The translations under genes and the position numbers were made by a program. The notes beneath the pieces were generated by a model, which had not been told where the DNA came from, searched no databases, and worked only from the letters and a program-made list of their open reading frames with translations. From Candidatus Electronema aureum (GTDB lineage Bacteria > Desulfobacterota > Desulfobulbia > Desulfobulbales > Desulfobulbaceae), in NCBI GenBank assembly GCA_004284765.1, contig NQJD01000019.1, positions 15,724 through 47,723 of the forward strand: 32,000 bases of DNA. Reading direction: 5' to 3'. Positions 1 through 10,600 of this stretch are shown here, piece after piece (position 1 is the first letter of the stretch; every line of letters starts with the position of its first letter).

Positions 1-2153
1 TTCGGGAATTAAACACACACAAGACCGAATTAGAGAACAAGGTACAGGAGCGCACCGCCGACCTGCAACAAAGCCGAGATAATCTCCAAGAAGAAATGGC
101 CGAGCGACTGAAGGCAGAAAAGGAGCTGCTTTGGGAGCTATCCGTCAACCGAACACTGGCGCAAGTTGCTGATGCCCTTATTTCTCGCTCGTTACCGGTA
201 CGAGAGATTGAAAAATTAGTAGGTCGGGCAGTTAAGGAGTTGATCGGTAGTGAATACGGTACGGCCAAGGCCGCCCATTACGATCCGACAGAGGACAGCG
301 ACTCAGGTATGCCGTGGGAAAGCGTTCTCAACACCCGCCAGAGCTTTTTCACTAATTCCATATCTTCGAATGAGCGCATCATGGGCATTCCACCGAATCA
401 GATGCCCTATCGAAACTATCTGCATGTGCCTGCGATCATTGACGGCAGAGCAGTCGGACGCATTGCTTTAGCCAACAAAGAGGGCGAATTCAGTAAGCAC
501 GACTTGATTGCTTCAGAACGAATCGCCGCTGTGTTTGCCTTGGCCGTGCAACGCAAACAAACCGAGGATTCCTTGAGCCGAAGCGAGCGTAAATACCGCA
601 GCTTGTTTAATGATGCTCCTGATATGATTCATATCGTTGGGATCGACAAACGGATCGCTGATGCTAACCCAGCTGAACTACAAACGCTGGGTTGCGCCCG
701 CGAAGAGTTGGTCGGCACGCCGCTTTTGAACATCATTCATCCTGAATTCCGCCACAAAAGCGCGCAAGCCCTCGATCAAATATTTTCTTTCGGTCGCTGT
801 ATGCAACATTACGAAACCGCCCTGATCACCAAAGAGGGTGACAAGATTGATGTGGAAGTCAGCGCGGTACCGCAGGTAGAGAGCGGCAGAGTAGTGACAG
901 TGCGAGCAATTATGCGCAACATCACTGAGCGAAAACGGGAGGAGCAGGAACGCAAGAAGCTGGAGGCCCAATTGCGGCAATCGCGGAAGATGGAAGCCAT
1001 CGGCACTTTGGCTGGCGGTATCGCCCATGATTTCAACAACATTTTGGGGCCGATTCTTGGTTATACTGAGATGGCCTTAGAATTCCTACCAGCTGGCAGT
1101 AACATCGCCCCTTGGTTAGAGGAAGTGCAGTGCGCAGGAAGTAGGGCTAAAGAATTAGTGCGACAAATTCTCGCTATCAGCCGCAAATGCGAGCAAGAGC
1201 TACAACCGCTTCGTATCCAGCCGATCATCAAGGAAACGCTCAAACTGCTACGTTCTTCTCTGCCTGCCACGATTGAAATCCGCCAGCAGCTTGATCCTGC
1301 CTGCGGTACCGTGCTGGCTGATCCCACTCGGATTCATCAGGTGGTGATGAACCTTTGCACTAACGCCTACCATGCAATGCGAGAAACCGGCGGATTACTG
1401 GAAGTCTCCTTGCGGCAGATCGAGCTAACTGCTGACACCTTGCAGAGTAAACTGCGACTACCGCTTGGCATGTATCTTCAGTTAGAGGTAAGGGACTCTG
1501 GCTGCGGTATGCCAGAAGAAATGTTGGAGAAAATTTTTGAGCCGTATTTCACCACCAGAGCTAAAGGTGAAGGGACCGGGTTGGGATTGGCCTTGGTGCA
1601 GAGTATTGCGCTCGATTTTGGTGGCGATGTTACCGTGACGAGTGAACTGGGCAGAAATACGGTTTTTCTGGTATATTTACCGGTGATCCAAACCGCTAAA
1701 GAAGACCGTATAGGCAATGATGCTAGATTGCTGCCGACCGGTTCTGAGCGGATAATAGTAGTTGATGATGATATCAACATCGCTGAACTGAGCAGAAACA
1801 TGCTGGCAAGTCTTGGCTACCGGGTCATGGCACTGAACGGCAGCACTGAGGCCTTAACCGTGTTTGAGCAGCAGCCAGAGGCTTTTGATCTGGTTTTCAC
1901 TGATATGACCATGCCGCAGATGACTGGCGCAGTTTTGGCCAGAAAAATTCTTGCCCTTCGTCCTGAGCTGCCGGTGGTGCTTTGTACCGGCTTCAGCGAG
2001 TTGATCGATGAGCAGAAAGCCACAGAAATCGGCATCTGCGCTTTGCTCATGAAGCCCTTTACCAAAGGGGAATTGGCTTTGACAGTGCGTACCGCGCTCG
2101 ACCGGAACGTGCAGAAGTTGCCACTCATTGAAAAAAGAGATATAACATGCTGA
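1..2153 (+). CDS. Hybrid sensor histidine kinase/response regulator, 5'-truncated by the window edge (GAF-like region, PAS, HisKA, HATPase_c, C-terminal receiver)
   Basis: The frame is open from nt 3 ([31 protein letters not shown]...), so the gene starts left of the window. It has a PAS-like segment ([19 protein letters not shown]), H-box [12 protein letters not shown]-box [11 protein letters not shown], and G-boxes DSGCGM and GTGLGLA. A receiver domain follows (IIVVDDD ... [11 protein letters not shown] ... LMKPF). Confidence 0.9.
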   Translation, partial: RELNTHKTELENKVQERTADLQQSRDNLQEEMAERLKAEKELLWELSVNRTLAQVADALISRSLPVREIEKLVGRAVKELIGSEYGTAKAAHYDPTEDSDSGMPWESVLNTRQSFFTNSISSNERIMGIPPNQMPYRNYLHVPAIIDGRAVGRIALANKEGEFSKHDLIASERIAAVFALAVQRKQTEDSLSRSERKYRSLFNDAPDMIHIVGIDKRIADANPAELQTLGCAREELVGTPLLNIIHPEFRHKSAQALDQIFSFGRCMQHYETALITKEGDKIDVEVSAVPQVESGRVVTVRAIMRNITERKREEQERKKLEAQLRQSRKMEAIGTLAGGIAHDFNNILGPILGYTEMALEFLPAGSNIAPWLEEVQCAGSRAKELVRQILAISRKCEQELQPLRIQPIIKETLKLLRSSLPATIEIRQQLDPACGTVLADPTRIHQVVMNLCTNAYHAMRETGGLLEVSLRQIELTADTLQSKLRLPLGMYLQLEVRDSGCGMPEEMLEKIFEPYFTTRAKGEGTGLGLALVQSIALDFGGDVTVTSELGRNTVFLVYLPVIQTAKEDRIGNDARLLPTGSERIIVVDDDINIAELSRNMLASLGYRVMALNGSTEALTVFEQQPEAFDLVFTDMTMPQMTGAVLARKILALRPELPVVLCTGFSELIDEQKATEIGICALLMKPFTKGELALTVRTALDRNVQKLPLIEKRDITC

Positions 2154-2213
2154 TCTTCATGATGCAGTTAAGGGGGTAGTTGATTGGGTAAAATTTTCTA
2201 CGGGAGAAGCAGC

Positions 2214-2744
2214 ATGAAATATTCCGTGTACCTGTCGGCAATAGCTTTGTTGCTGCTGGCGGCAAAACCATCAGCGGCACTTGCTTCTGGCAGTAAAACT
2301 GCTGCGGATGCGGCAGAAGCTGACAAAAAACTCCACGAAGTCTTAGTTTCCTACACCGCGCCTTTTCACCAAGTAGTGCTCACCAAAGACCTGCATCTTA
2401 CTGACACCGAGGAAGTGACTGAATACGATAATCCGGTTTCTTCGACCCCTTCAAAAACCGTCACGGTGAAAAAAACTGCCCAAATATCCAAGGAGCAGGC
2501 AGCAGAACTGTTGCTCTTCATCAAAGAAAACGGTTTTCATCAGCTCAAGGATGAATACGGAGCCGGGCCGCAAGAGCGCAACTATCCCTACACAATCCTT
2601 GTTCGAGAAGACGGAACGCGCGAAAAGCAAGTAGTTTATCGCAGCAACCCAGCAGCAGCGGCCCGCCCTAAGGCGTTTTCTCAAACGGAAAAAAAGATCA
2701 TCGAGTTCGCCAGCAAGGCGGTTCAACTCAAAACAGGAGAATAA
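2214..2744 (+). CDS. Secreted hypothetical protein (first gene of a three-gene periplasmic set)
   Basis: The ATG at 2214 is preceded by GGGAGA; the track's TTG at 2184 is less likely. The signal peptide is MKYSVYLSAIALLLLAAKPSAALA. The stop at 2742-2744 lies 1 nt before the next start. No family was recognised. Confidence 0.6.
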   Translation: MKYSVYLSAIALLLLAAKPSAALASGSKTAADAAEADKKLHEVLVSYTAPFHQVVLTKDLHLTDTEEVTEYDNPVSSTPSKTVTVKKTAQISKEQAAELLLFIKENGFHQLKDEYGAGPQERNYPYTILVREDGTREKQVVYRSNPAAAARPKAFSQTEKKIIEFASKAVQLKTGE

Positions 2745-2745
2745 T

Positions 2746-3699
2746 ATGAAAGCGGCAAAATTAGTGTTGGTTGCAGTATCTCTGCTGCTGTTCGCAGGTA
2801 CACTGTCCTCTGACTGGGCAGAGGCGCAGGGACGCAGACAGCGGGAAGCAGAACGCGAGGTCGAGGCAGGCGGCTGGCAGGTGGCCTATGGCAAGGAATT
2901 GACGGAAACAGATGCCGAGCAAGGTGAGGTCGCATCGGGAGTTTCCATTTTTGCCGGACGTGGCACAAGAGAAATGGGTGTGCTGCATAATTGGGCGGAC
3001 GCGCTGGTGCGGCAAGCAGTGGGCTTACTGCCACCTGCGGCGACTCGTGATTTTGAGCAAGAGGAGCGATTTCAGGCCATGCGTTTCACCGTGCGCACCG
3101 TGCGGGAGCTGCTGCGTGACAGACGTTCCGGCGTAAAGCAGATGGAACTCAATTCAGTGGAACTCAAGGTCGGTGTGCTGGAATACCGAGGCAGTCGCAG
3201 AGACAGAGAATGGGGTGCTGAAAGGGAAAGAAGATCAGATCTACTTTTTGTCCCTTATGTAGGAATGCGGGCAAAAGTAGATAAAGAAGACTGGCGCAGC
3301 GACCGTGATGAACTCCGTGAGCAGCGTGAGCCAAATGCCGCTTACGCACCGCCGGTCATTGATTCTCCGCATCAGTATCAACATGTGCCAATGGGACTGA
3401 GTTCTGCTGAAGTGATGAATGAGTTATCGCTCAACAACACTGCCCGCAAAATCAACGATAAACGCTGGGAGTGGACCGCTTACATTGACGGGCCTGCATC
3501 GTATCTGCGCCGGATCAGCTCGGTCACGTATTATCTACATCCTTCGTTCAATCCCAGCACCCAGCAGGGCGACCGCACTCGGCCCGGCCATCCGCTGACC
3601 GCAAACGGTTGGGGAGTTTTTGTTCTCAAAGCAGAAGTTGTTTTAGATGATGGAACACGCCGCATTTATCAACACCAGCTGCGACTTGGGCAGCTCTAA
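2746..3699 (+). CDS. Secreted protein: N-terminal domain paralogous to the next ORF plus a C-terminal YEATS-like (pYEATS) domain
   Basis: An AGGAG RBS precedes the start. The signal peptide is MKAAKLVLVAVSLLLFAGTLSSDWAEA. About 170 aa align with ORF 3763-4350 (EVEAGGWQVAYGKELTE vs EVEAGGWYVAYGNELTE; LLRDRRSGVKQMELNSVELKVGVLEYR vs LLGSRTSGAQILSLRSIEFKAGVMEYR). The C-terminal stretch KRWEWTAYIDGP..SSVTYYLHPSFNP..NGWGVFVLKAEVVLDDG..HQLRL fits the YEATS pattern W.W....(V.F.LH.SF)...GWG.F, judged from memory. Confidence 0.7.
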   Translation: MKAAKLVLVAVSLLLFAGTLSSDWAEAQGRRQREAEREVEAGGWQVAYGKELTETDAEQGEVASGVSIFAGRGTREMGVLHNWADALVRQAVGLLPPAATRDFEQEERFQAMRFTVRTVRELLRDRRSGVKQMELNSVELKVGVLEYRGSRRDREWGAERERRSDLLFVPYVGMRAKVDKEDWRSDRDELREQREPNAAYAPPVIDSPHQYQHVPMGLSSAEVMNELSLNNTARKINDKRWEWTAYIDGPASYLRRISSVTYYLHPSFNPSTQQGDRTRPGHPLTANGWGVFVLKAEVVLDDGTRRIYQHQLRLGQL

Positions 3700-3762
3700 T
3701 CCAATGCAACTTGGCCTTTTGATGTGTTGTCAGAAGGCCGCTAAAAATAACCACAGGAAAAG

Positions 3763-4350
3763 ATGATGAGAGCATCAAGATTGGTATTAGTCGCAGTGTC
3801 TGTGCTGCTGCTCGTTGCCGCAGCACAAGACGTTTTTGCTCAGAGAAGGTGGCGAGCAAAGGAAGAAGTGGAAGCGGGCGGCTGGTATGTAGCCTACGGT
3901 AATGAACTGACGGAAGGTGATGCTGCGCGAGGTAACGTGGAATCATGGGTTTCTTTGCAAAACAGTGACAGAGAGACCATCAGAACATGGTCTGACTCAT
4001 TGCTCCGGCAGGCTATTGCCTTGATGGTGAGCAATGCTGGCCCAGAGTCAGCAGACAGATTTGAGCGAGAGCATCAACGCGATGCGCGAAGATTCGGCGT
4101 TGAAACGCTGAGAGACTTGCTTGGCAGCAGGACTTCTGGCGCGCAGATATTGTCGTTGCGTTCGATTGAATTCAAGGCAGGGGTGATGGAGTATAGAGAT
4201 AGAAACTCAGATTACGGCAGGCGGCGGGATACCGTGTTCATGCCATACTTTGCCCTACGGCCAAAATATGGCCATCGCTCTCGTCATGATGGATATCGAG
4301 ATGACCGGGACGACTACAGACGGGATAGATACGACCGACGGGGATATTGA
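3763..4350 (+). CDS. Secreted paralog of the preceding protein, lacking the YEATS-like domain and ending in an Arg/Asp/Tyr-rich tail
   Basis: The signal peptide is MMRASRLVLVAVSVLLLVAAAQDVFA. Paralogy to 2746-3699 is clear over the N-terminal domain. The tail reads HRSRHDGYRDDRDDYRRDRYDRRGY. Confidence 0.7.
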   Translation: MMRASRLVLVAVSVLLLVAAAQDVFAQRRWRAKEEVEAGGWYVAYGNELTEGDAARGNVESWVSLQNSDRETIRTWSDSLLRQAIALMVSNAGPESADRFEREHQRDARRFGVETLRDLLGSRTSGAQILSLRSIEFKAGVMEYRDRNSDYGRRRDTVFMPYFALRPKYGHRSRHDGYRDDRDDYRRDRYDRRGY

Positions 4351-4373
4351 CAATTTGATCTGCTGAAGAGAAT

Positions 4374-4403
4374 AGAGGGTAGATGTAGAAATATCTGCCC
4401 TCT
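4374..4403 (+). terminator. Candidate Rho-independent terminator after the secreted-protein genes
   Basis: Arms agagggtagat (4374-4384) and atctgccctct (4393-4403) give 11 bp with one mismatch around an 8-nt loop. The hairpin is followed by gtttctgaattt. Confidence 0.4.
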
Positions 4404-4432
4404 GTTTCTGAATTTAGGAAAAAATATTCGAC

Positions 4433-5281
4433 ATGGCACAACACGACGAGCTTGATATTCAATTACACAAACAGCAAGCAGAAGAAGCCACCGCTTTTCT
4501 TCGCGCCCGGTTACCGGTTTTGCCGGAAGTGTTGATTCAGCTTGGCACCGGACTCGGTGGTTTAGCCGCAGCAATGACAGAAAGTATCAGTATTCCTTAC
4601 AAGGACATCCCCCATTTTCCCCGCTCTACTGTCACTACCCACGCCGGAAATTTAGTTTGTGGCAAGTTGGCTGGGAAACCTGCCGCTGTCCTTCAAGGTC
4701 GCTTTCATTATTATGAAGGCTACTCCGCCCGCGAGGTTGGCTTTCCTCTTCGAGTGCTGTCGCTCTTGGGAGTGAGGACGGCGATCATCACCAACGCCGC
4801 AGGTGGCCTCAATCCGGCTTGGCAGGCAGGAAGTATCATGATCTGCAACGATCACCTCAACCTGCTGCCAGACAATCCTTTACGCGGCCCCAACGTGGAT
4901 GAATGGGGGCCACGTTTCCCTGATTTTTCCCAACCGTACAGCGCGGAGCTGCGCGAACTGGCCGGTCAAGCGGCCAGCAGGCTCGGCTTTACCGAAGTCT
5001 GTTCCGGCACCTATGTCTGCATTCCCGGCCCCAGCCTTGAAACTCCGGCAGAAACTCGGATGCTGCGGCTCCTCGGTGCAGATGCGGTGGGTATGTCCTC
5101 GGTGCCAGAGGTGATTACTGCGTTGCACGGCGGCTTGCGGGTGCTGGGACTGTCGGTAATCGCCAATCTCAATGACCCGGACAAATTCGTCCCCATTCTC
5201 ATCGAGGACATTGTTGCAGCGGCGCAGCGGGCGGAACCCCGGCTCCAAGAACTCATTTTAGATATTGTGCGAGAACTGTAA
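4433..5281 (+). CDS. punA: Purine nucleoside phosphorylase (trimeric PNP/PunA type)
   Basis: Family motifs are present throughout: [76 protein letters not shown]. Confidence 0.88.
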   Translation: MAQHDELDIQLHKQQAEEATAFLRARLPVLPEVLIQLGTGLGGLAAAMTESISIPYKDIPHFPRSTVTTHAGNLVCGKLAGKPAAVLQGRFHYYEGYSAREVGFPLRVLSLLGVRTAIITNAAGGLNPAWQAGSIMICNDHLNLLPDNPLRGPNVDEWGPRFPDFSQPYSAELRELAGQAASRLGFTEVCSGTYVCIPGPSLETPAETRMLRLLGADAVGMSSVPEVITALHGGLRVLGLSVIANLNDPDKFVPILIEDIVAAAQRAEPRLQELILDIVREL

Positions 5282-5283
5282 AC

Positions 5284-7242
5284 ATGGGCGTAGCAGCAGA
5301 CATTGTCATCATCGTGGTCGCAGCCTTAGTTGGCGCATTGATCGCCCAGCGGCTGAGACAACCGCTGATCTTGGGGTACATTGCTGCTGGAATCGTGGTT
5401 GGCCCAAACACGGGCGGGATAACGGTTGGTGATATCCACGAAATCGAGCTGTTGGCGGAAATCGGCGTGGCTCTGCTGCTTTTTGCCTTGGGCTTGGAAT
5501 TTTCCCTCAGCGAGCTGAAACCGGTGCGCAGGATTGCCCTCTTCGGCACACCGGTACAAATTCTGCTCACTATCGTTTTCGGCTTTTTCCTTGGCACATA
5601 CCTTGGCTGGCCGTGGACTGCTGCGGTCTGGTTAGGCGCGCTGATCTCGCTGTCCAGCACGATGGTAACGCTGAAAACTCTGATGAGTCGGGGTTTAGTG
5701 GGTACGCTGTCCAGCAAGGTCATGATCGGGATGTTGATTGTGCAGGACATTGCCGTCATTCCGATGATGATCATTCTGCCGCAACTGAGCAGCCCAGAGA
5801 CCGGTTTGCCGCTCCTCGCGCTTGCCGCAGGCAAATCTGCCATCTTCCTCTTGCTGATGCTGTATATTGGCAGAAAGCTGCTGCCGTGGCTGCTGGCGCA
5901 TGTTGCGCAATGGAATTCCAGAGAATTGTTTATTCTTTCTATCACCGCAATAGGACTTGGAGTCGGTTATGCAACCTACCTCTTTGGTCTTTCCTTTGCC
6001 TTTGGCGCATTTGTCGCAGGCATGGTACTCAGTGAGTCAGATTACGGGCATCAGGCATTGAGCGACATTATTCCGCTGCGGGACATCTTTGGCCTGCTCT
6101 TTTTTACCTCGGTTGGGATGCTCCTTGATCTCTCTTTCCTGGTTGAAAATTTAGGAAAGATTTTTTTCTTAGTTGCTGCTATTGGTTTGTTCAAAGGTGC
6201 CTTGTTTTTTGCCTTAGCCGTCTTCTTTGGTTATAGCAATATTGTACCCTTGGCTGTTGGTTTTGGTCTTTTCCAGATTGGTGAATTTGCTTTTGTACTG
6301 GCACGAGTCGGATTAGAAACAAAGGCGATTGATCAAGATATGTACTCAATGGTACTTGCTCTTTCTGTCATAAGTATGGTGCTGACCCCCTTTGCTTCAG
6401 CGTTGGTTCCCACGCTTTATAAAGTAAAAAAACGTTTATTTCAACATGAGCCGCTGCAAACAGAGAACATCCCTCATGATGGCCTGACGGATCACGTAGT
6501 GATTGCTGGCGGCGGGAGAGTTGGTCAGCATATTGCCCAAGTATTGACTAAGCTCAATTTGCCGTTTGTCATCATCGAAATGAATTACCAGCGGATGATG
6601 GAATGCAAGGATGCAAGCTATCCCGTCATCTATGGCGACATGAGCCAGCCTACTGTCATTACAGCTTCGGAGTTGCAAGCAGCCAGAGTGCTTCTGATTA
6701 CCGCTCCTTCAGTTGTCACCTCGCAGGCGATTGTCCAACAGGCACATCTTCTCCGCCCTGATTTACATATCATTGTTCGGGCTAATGGTGCTGATCAAGC
6801 GCAGACCTTATATGAAAGCGGTATTTACATGGCCGTGTTACCAGAAATGGAAGCTGGACTTGAGATTGCCCGGCAGGCTCTGCTCCATTTAGAGATTCCA
6901 GTAGCGGTGATTCAGCAATATACCGACGCGGTGCGGCAGCAGCTCTATGCGCCGATTTATCAAACGGGAAATGGCCATCAGCTTTTAGCAAAACTTGACA
7001 ATATCAAGAATATGCTCGAAATATCATGGTTTACTATCATGCCAGAAAGTACGTTAGTCTGTAAAAGTATCAAAGATGCCGCTGTCCGCACCAAAACTGG
7101 AGCCTCTATTGTTGGTATCATCCACGAGAAGAAATTTATTTCCAATCCACAGATAGATTATTCTTTTCAAGAGGGTGATTTAGTAGCGGTGGTTGGCAAT
7201 CAAGACGAGCGGAACGCTTTCAAAAAGCTGGCGGGTATTTGA
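5284..7242 (+). CDS. CPA2-family cation:proton antiporter with C-terminal RCK (TrkA-N / TrkA-C) domains (Kef/YbaL-like)
   Basis: About 390 aa of polytopic membrane domain are followed by the Rossmann motif [14 protein letters not shown] and a TrkA-C-like end ([17 protein letters not shown]...GDLVAVVG). The start lies 2 nt after the PNP stop. Confidence 0.9.
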   Translation: MGVAADIVIIVVAALVGALIAQRLRQPLILGYIAAGIVVGPNTGGITVGDIHEIELLAEIGVALLLFALGLEFSLSELKPVRRIALFGTPVQILLTIVFGFFLGTYLGWPWTAAVWLGALISLSSTMVTLKTLMSRGLVGTLSSKVMIGMLIVQDIAVIPMMIILPQLSSPETGLPLLALAAGKSAIFLLLMLYIGRKLLPWLLAHVAQWNSRELFILSITAIGLGVGYATYLFGLSFAFGAFVAGMVLSESDYGHQALSDIIPLRDIFGLLFFTSVGMLLDLSFLVENLGKIFFLVAAIGLFKGALFFALAVFFGYSNIVPLAVGFGLFQIGEFAFVLARVGLETKAIDQDMYSMVLALSVISMVLTPFASALVPTLYKVKKRLFQHEPLQTENIPHDGLTDHVVIAGGGRVGQHIAQVLTKLNLPFVIIEMNYQRMMECKDASYPVIYGDMSQPTVITASELQAARVLLITAPSVVTSQAIVQQAHLLRPDLHIIVRANGADQAQTLYESGIYMAVLPEMEAGLEIARQALLHLEIPVAVIQQYTDAVRQQLYAPIYQTGNGHQLLAKLDNIKNMLEISWFTIMPESTLVCKSIKDAAVRTKTGASIVGIIHEKKFISNPQIDYSFQEGDLVAVVGNQDERNAFKKLAGI

Positions 7243-7646
7243 TGACGCAGGACGATTTTCCCTTTCATTTCAACAGTGATGCCTGTGCAAGCTGCGGCGG
7301 ACGCTGCTGTCGTGGCGCGGGCGGCTACGTCTGGGTGAGCTGGGAAGAGCTGGAAGAAATGGCAAAAGTAAGGGGAATGAACGCGGGCCTCTTTGCTAAA
7401 CAATATGCGCGACGAGTACAAGACAGGCTATCCTTACAAGAGCGCATCATTAGCGGTGAGCATTTCTGTTGCTTCTTTGATCGGATTGACTGCCGCTGCA
7501 CCATCTATGAAAGCAGACCAACACAATGCAGAACCTTTCCCTTTTGGGAAAGGTTCAAGCAAGACCCGCAAGAGCTTTTTGCTGAATGTCTTGGAGTTGT
7601 AAAAATCCCCCAGCTCATTATCTGCGGGGGATCAAATACAACGTAA
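7242..7646 (+). CDS. YkgJ-family (UPF0153/CxxCxxCC) zinc/iron-chelating Cys-cluster protein
   Basis: Motifs are CASCGGRCCRG ... CCFF...CRCTIYESRPTQCRTFPFW. The ATG at 7242 overlaps the antiporter TGA (7240-7242), which suggests translational coupling. Confidence 0.75.
   Translation: MTQDDFPFHFNSDACASCGGRCCRGAGGYVWVSWEELEEMAKVRGMNAGLFAKQYARRVQDRLSLQERIISGEHFCCFFDRIDCRCTIYESRPTQCRTFPFWERFKQDPQELFAECLGVVKIPQLIICGGSNTT
7601..7632 (-). terminator. Rho-independent terminator for the SNF2 helicase gene, embedded in the 3' end of the convergent YkgJ-like CDS
   Basis: The minus strand reads ATCCCCCGCAG-ATAATGAG-CTGGGGGAT followed by TTTTT. It lies about 25 nt downstream of the helicase stop at 7658. 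Confidence 0.55.
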
Positions 7647-7657
7647 ACTTTTTCTTT

Positions 7658-10600
7658 TCAACTCCCCCGAATTAAATCGAGTAGCTCCTCTGCGCTCAGG
7701 CGCGCTCCTGCATCTGTACCTTCCAACAGCGAATTGGCTAAATTGCGCTTTTCGTGATGCAAGCGAACAATCTTCTCCTCAATCGTGTTAGCGGTGACTA
7801 AACGATATACGGTCACGGGCCGTTTCTGGCCGATACGATGAGCGCGGTCAGCAGCCTGATCTTCCACTGCCGGATTCCACCACGGGTCCATGTGGATGAC
7901 GTAATCCGCCGCTGTCAGGTTCAAGCCTAATCCGCCCGCTTTGAGGCTAATCAGGAAGAGATCGCCGTCGCCCGCTTGGAAGGCATCAACTTGGCGAATG
8001 CGCTCTTTGGCCGGTGTGGTGCCGTCGAGATACTTGTAATGAATGTTTTTGCTGTCCAAATACTCGCGGATAAGAGCCAGATGGCCGGTGAACTGGCTGA
8101 AAATCAAGGCCTTGTGCCGCGATGCCAGCAGTTCTTCCACAACTTCGCCAAAGACCTCTAACTTACTGGAAGGAATCTTACACTGCGCGTCAATCAGCTT
8201 AGGATTGCAGCAGGCCCGGCGCAGCCGCATGATTTCTGCGAGAATTTGCAAATGCCGCCCAGCTTTTGGGTCGCTGCCCTCAATGTTCTCCAAAGCCTGC
8301 TGACGAATAGCCTCGTAAAACATCATCTCCGATTTCTTCATTTCCACCCGCAGCGTGATTTCAGTGCGCGGTGGTAGCTCGTCTAAAACCTGCGACTTGA
8401 TCCGGCGGAGCATGAAAGGCCGAATCAATTTTTTGAGCTGGCGGCGGGCAATGCGGTCGTTGTGCTTCTCAATCGGAATGCCAAAGCGAGTGTTAAACTG
8501 CTTGTAGGTACCAAGCAATCCGGCATTGATAAAGTTGAACAAATTCCACAACTCTCCGAGATGATTCTCAATCGGCGTACCCGTGGTGATCAGGCGGAAC
8601 TTGGCCTTCAGGCGCATGGATGCCTTAGAACGCTTGGTGGCCGCATTCTTGATCGACTGGGCTTCGTCGAGGACGACTGTCTGCCAAGCCACGGTTTCTA
8701 ACAGTTCCACTTCTTGCTGAAGCAGAGTGTAGCTGGTAATCAGGATGTCTCGTTTACCCAAATTATCAATGATTCCTTGCCGCTCATCGGCATTGCTTAA
8801 CGTGCGGAGGGTCAGCGTAGGGGCAAAGCGGCCTACTTCCTGCTCCCAGTTCATGCAGACCGATGTGGGCGCGATAACCAGCGTTGGACCGTCTTCAGAG
8901 CGATCAAGAATCACCGCCAAGGATTGCAGCGTTTTGCCGAGACCCATATCATCGGCCAAGCAGCCGCCCACCCCAAGATGAGCCAGCCGAGACATCCAGA
9001 CAAAGCCCTCTACCTGGTAATCACGCAGATCGGCTTGCAAAGTAGAAGGGACTTCTGGCACAAAATCTTGGACAAACTCAATTCGGGCCAACTGCTTGCG
9101 CCAACCCTCATCAGCTTGGGTGTTGGCCTGTCGAGTCAAATCATCGAGTGCCAAGGCAGCCAGCGGATGAATGCGAATTTCATCATCACCCTCACCGGTT
9201 TTTCCGCCTGCCTCGCTGAAGCGGAGCAGCTCCTCTAAACGGCTACGAAATTCCTGAGTCAGGGCAAGAAACTGCCCCTTGCCAAGTGGAATAAAGCGGC
9301 TGCGGGCCTCGCGTACCTTGTCTAAGAGCGTTTTCAGGTCGATGATCTCATCCTGATCAACCTGAACATGGCCGGAAAGGGCAAACCAATCCTGCTGACC
9401 AGTGCGGATATTGAGGTTGAGCTGGCTAACTCCTGCCTGTTTGCGCACAGCCAGCTTCTCACCCTCTGGCCATTCCAGCACCGCCCGGTCGCGGATTTCC
9501 TCCAGCTCCAGCAGAGCTTGCAGGCATTCCTCTGGGTCAAGTAAATGCCACTCGCGGTCGTTTTCCTGCTCTAAATCCGTAGCGAGGTCAAGAATTGGGC
9601 AGCTTTCTTCGATTTCGCGGGCTTTTTCCTCTTCTATCGGCAGATTGCGACGAGTCTGCATCCGCCGTCCGCCTACTTCTGCCATCAAATTAGCCACACC
9701 TGCGCCGGGCTTGAGATACGGCCCTTTGCGCGAGAAAGGCTGAACAAACATCTCCAACCGGAAGCCGCTGCCGTAGGGGATGATGTGGATATGCACGGTG
9801 GGATCAGCCTCGACAATCTTGACATCCTTTTCCGCTGATCCTACGTCGATGGAGGAATGCACGGTCATAAAGGAAGCCATATTGCCGATAGCGTTCAACA
9901 CTTGGCTACCAGCGGCGGCTGGGTAGCGTTTACCGCCCGCCCCGATGATTCCGGCCACCCGCCGGTGCTCATCGTTGATTTCCATCACCCGGAAACGGGT
10001 CGGAGTTTCTTGCCAGACCGTCACTCGGCCTTCGCCGATTTCTTGGAGGAAATGAATGAAAAGGAAACCATCCTGTTCTTCAACCATCAGCTCCGGCTCG
10101 CCTGCCACAATTTCCACCGGTACGTTACCGGAATTCTCAAGAAAGACATGCGGGTGGCCAACCAAGGCAGGCAGTGCCTCCTCTATGTTGAATTCACAGC
10201 CACCGTTACGGGAATTCGGATCACCTACCTGACGTAACGCAGCAGCGATTTTAACGTCTTGGGCGGTAAGAAAGTCAAAGCAGCTGGGAGGCATCAACCG
10301 ATTGAGGCCAACCCCTTTACCCTTGCTCCATTTGCTACCCGGCTTTTTTTTCTGTTCCTTAGCGGCTAAGGTCAATGTACCTTCGGCGAATTCAACGGTC
10401 CAAGCAAGGCGGCTGGTTTTTTCTGGTTGTCTGGCCTTGCCGGTGACACTGATCAGTTCTTCTAAACTTTGCTTCCAAGATTCTTCGTTAGGCGCGACCA
10501 AATTGACAACGCTGCGGCAGCCAATTTCCTTGGCCAAACTTTCAGCGATTTTGACCATATCCTTACGGGAAGGATCAGCAGCAACCAGCAGCTGGGCCGC

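Noticed and set aside
3700-3762. Possible terminator between the two paralog genes (ggcctt...aaggcc)
   Set aside because: It has only a 6-bp stem with a ~15-nt loop and no U-run, so the genes are more likely co-transcribed.
5253-5945. 230-aa minus-strand ORF
   Set aside because: It is entirely antisense to the CPA2 antiporter, whose membrane and RCK motifs are clear. Its sequence is low-complexity and Ser/Thr/Ile-rich with no motif or RBS, so it is a shadow ORF.
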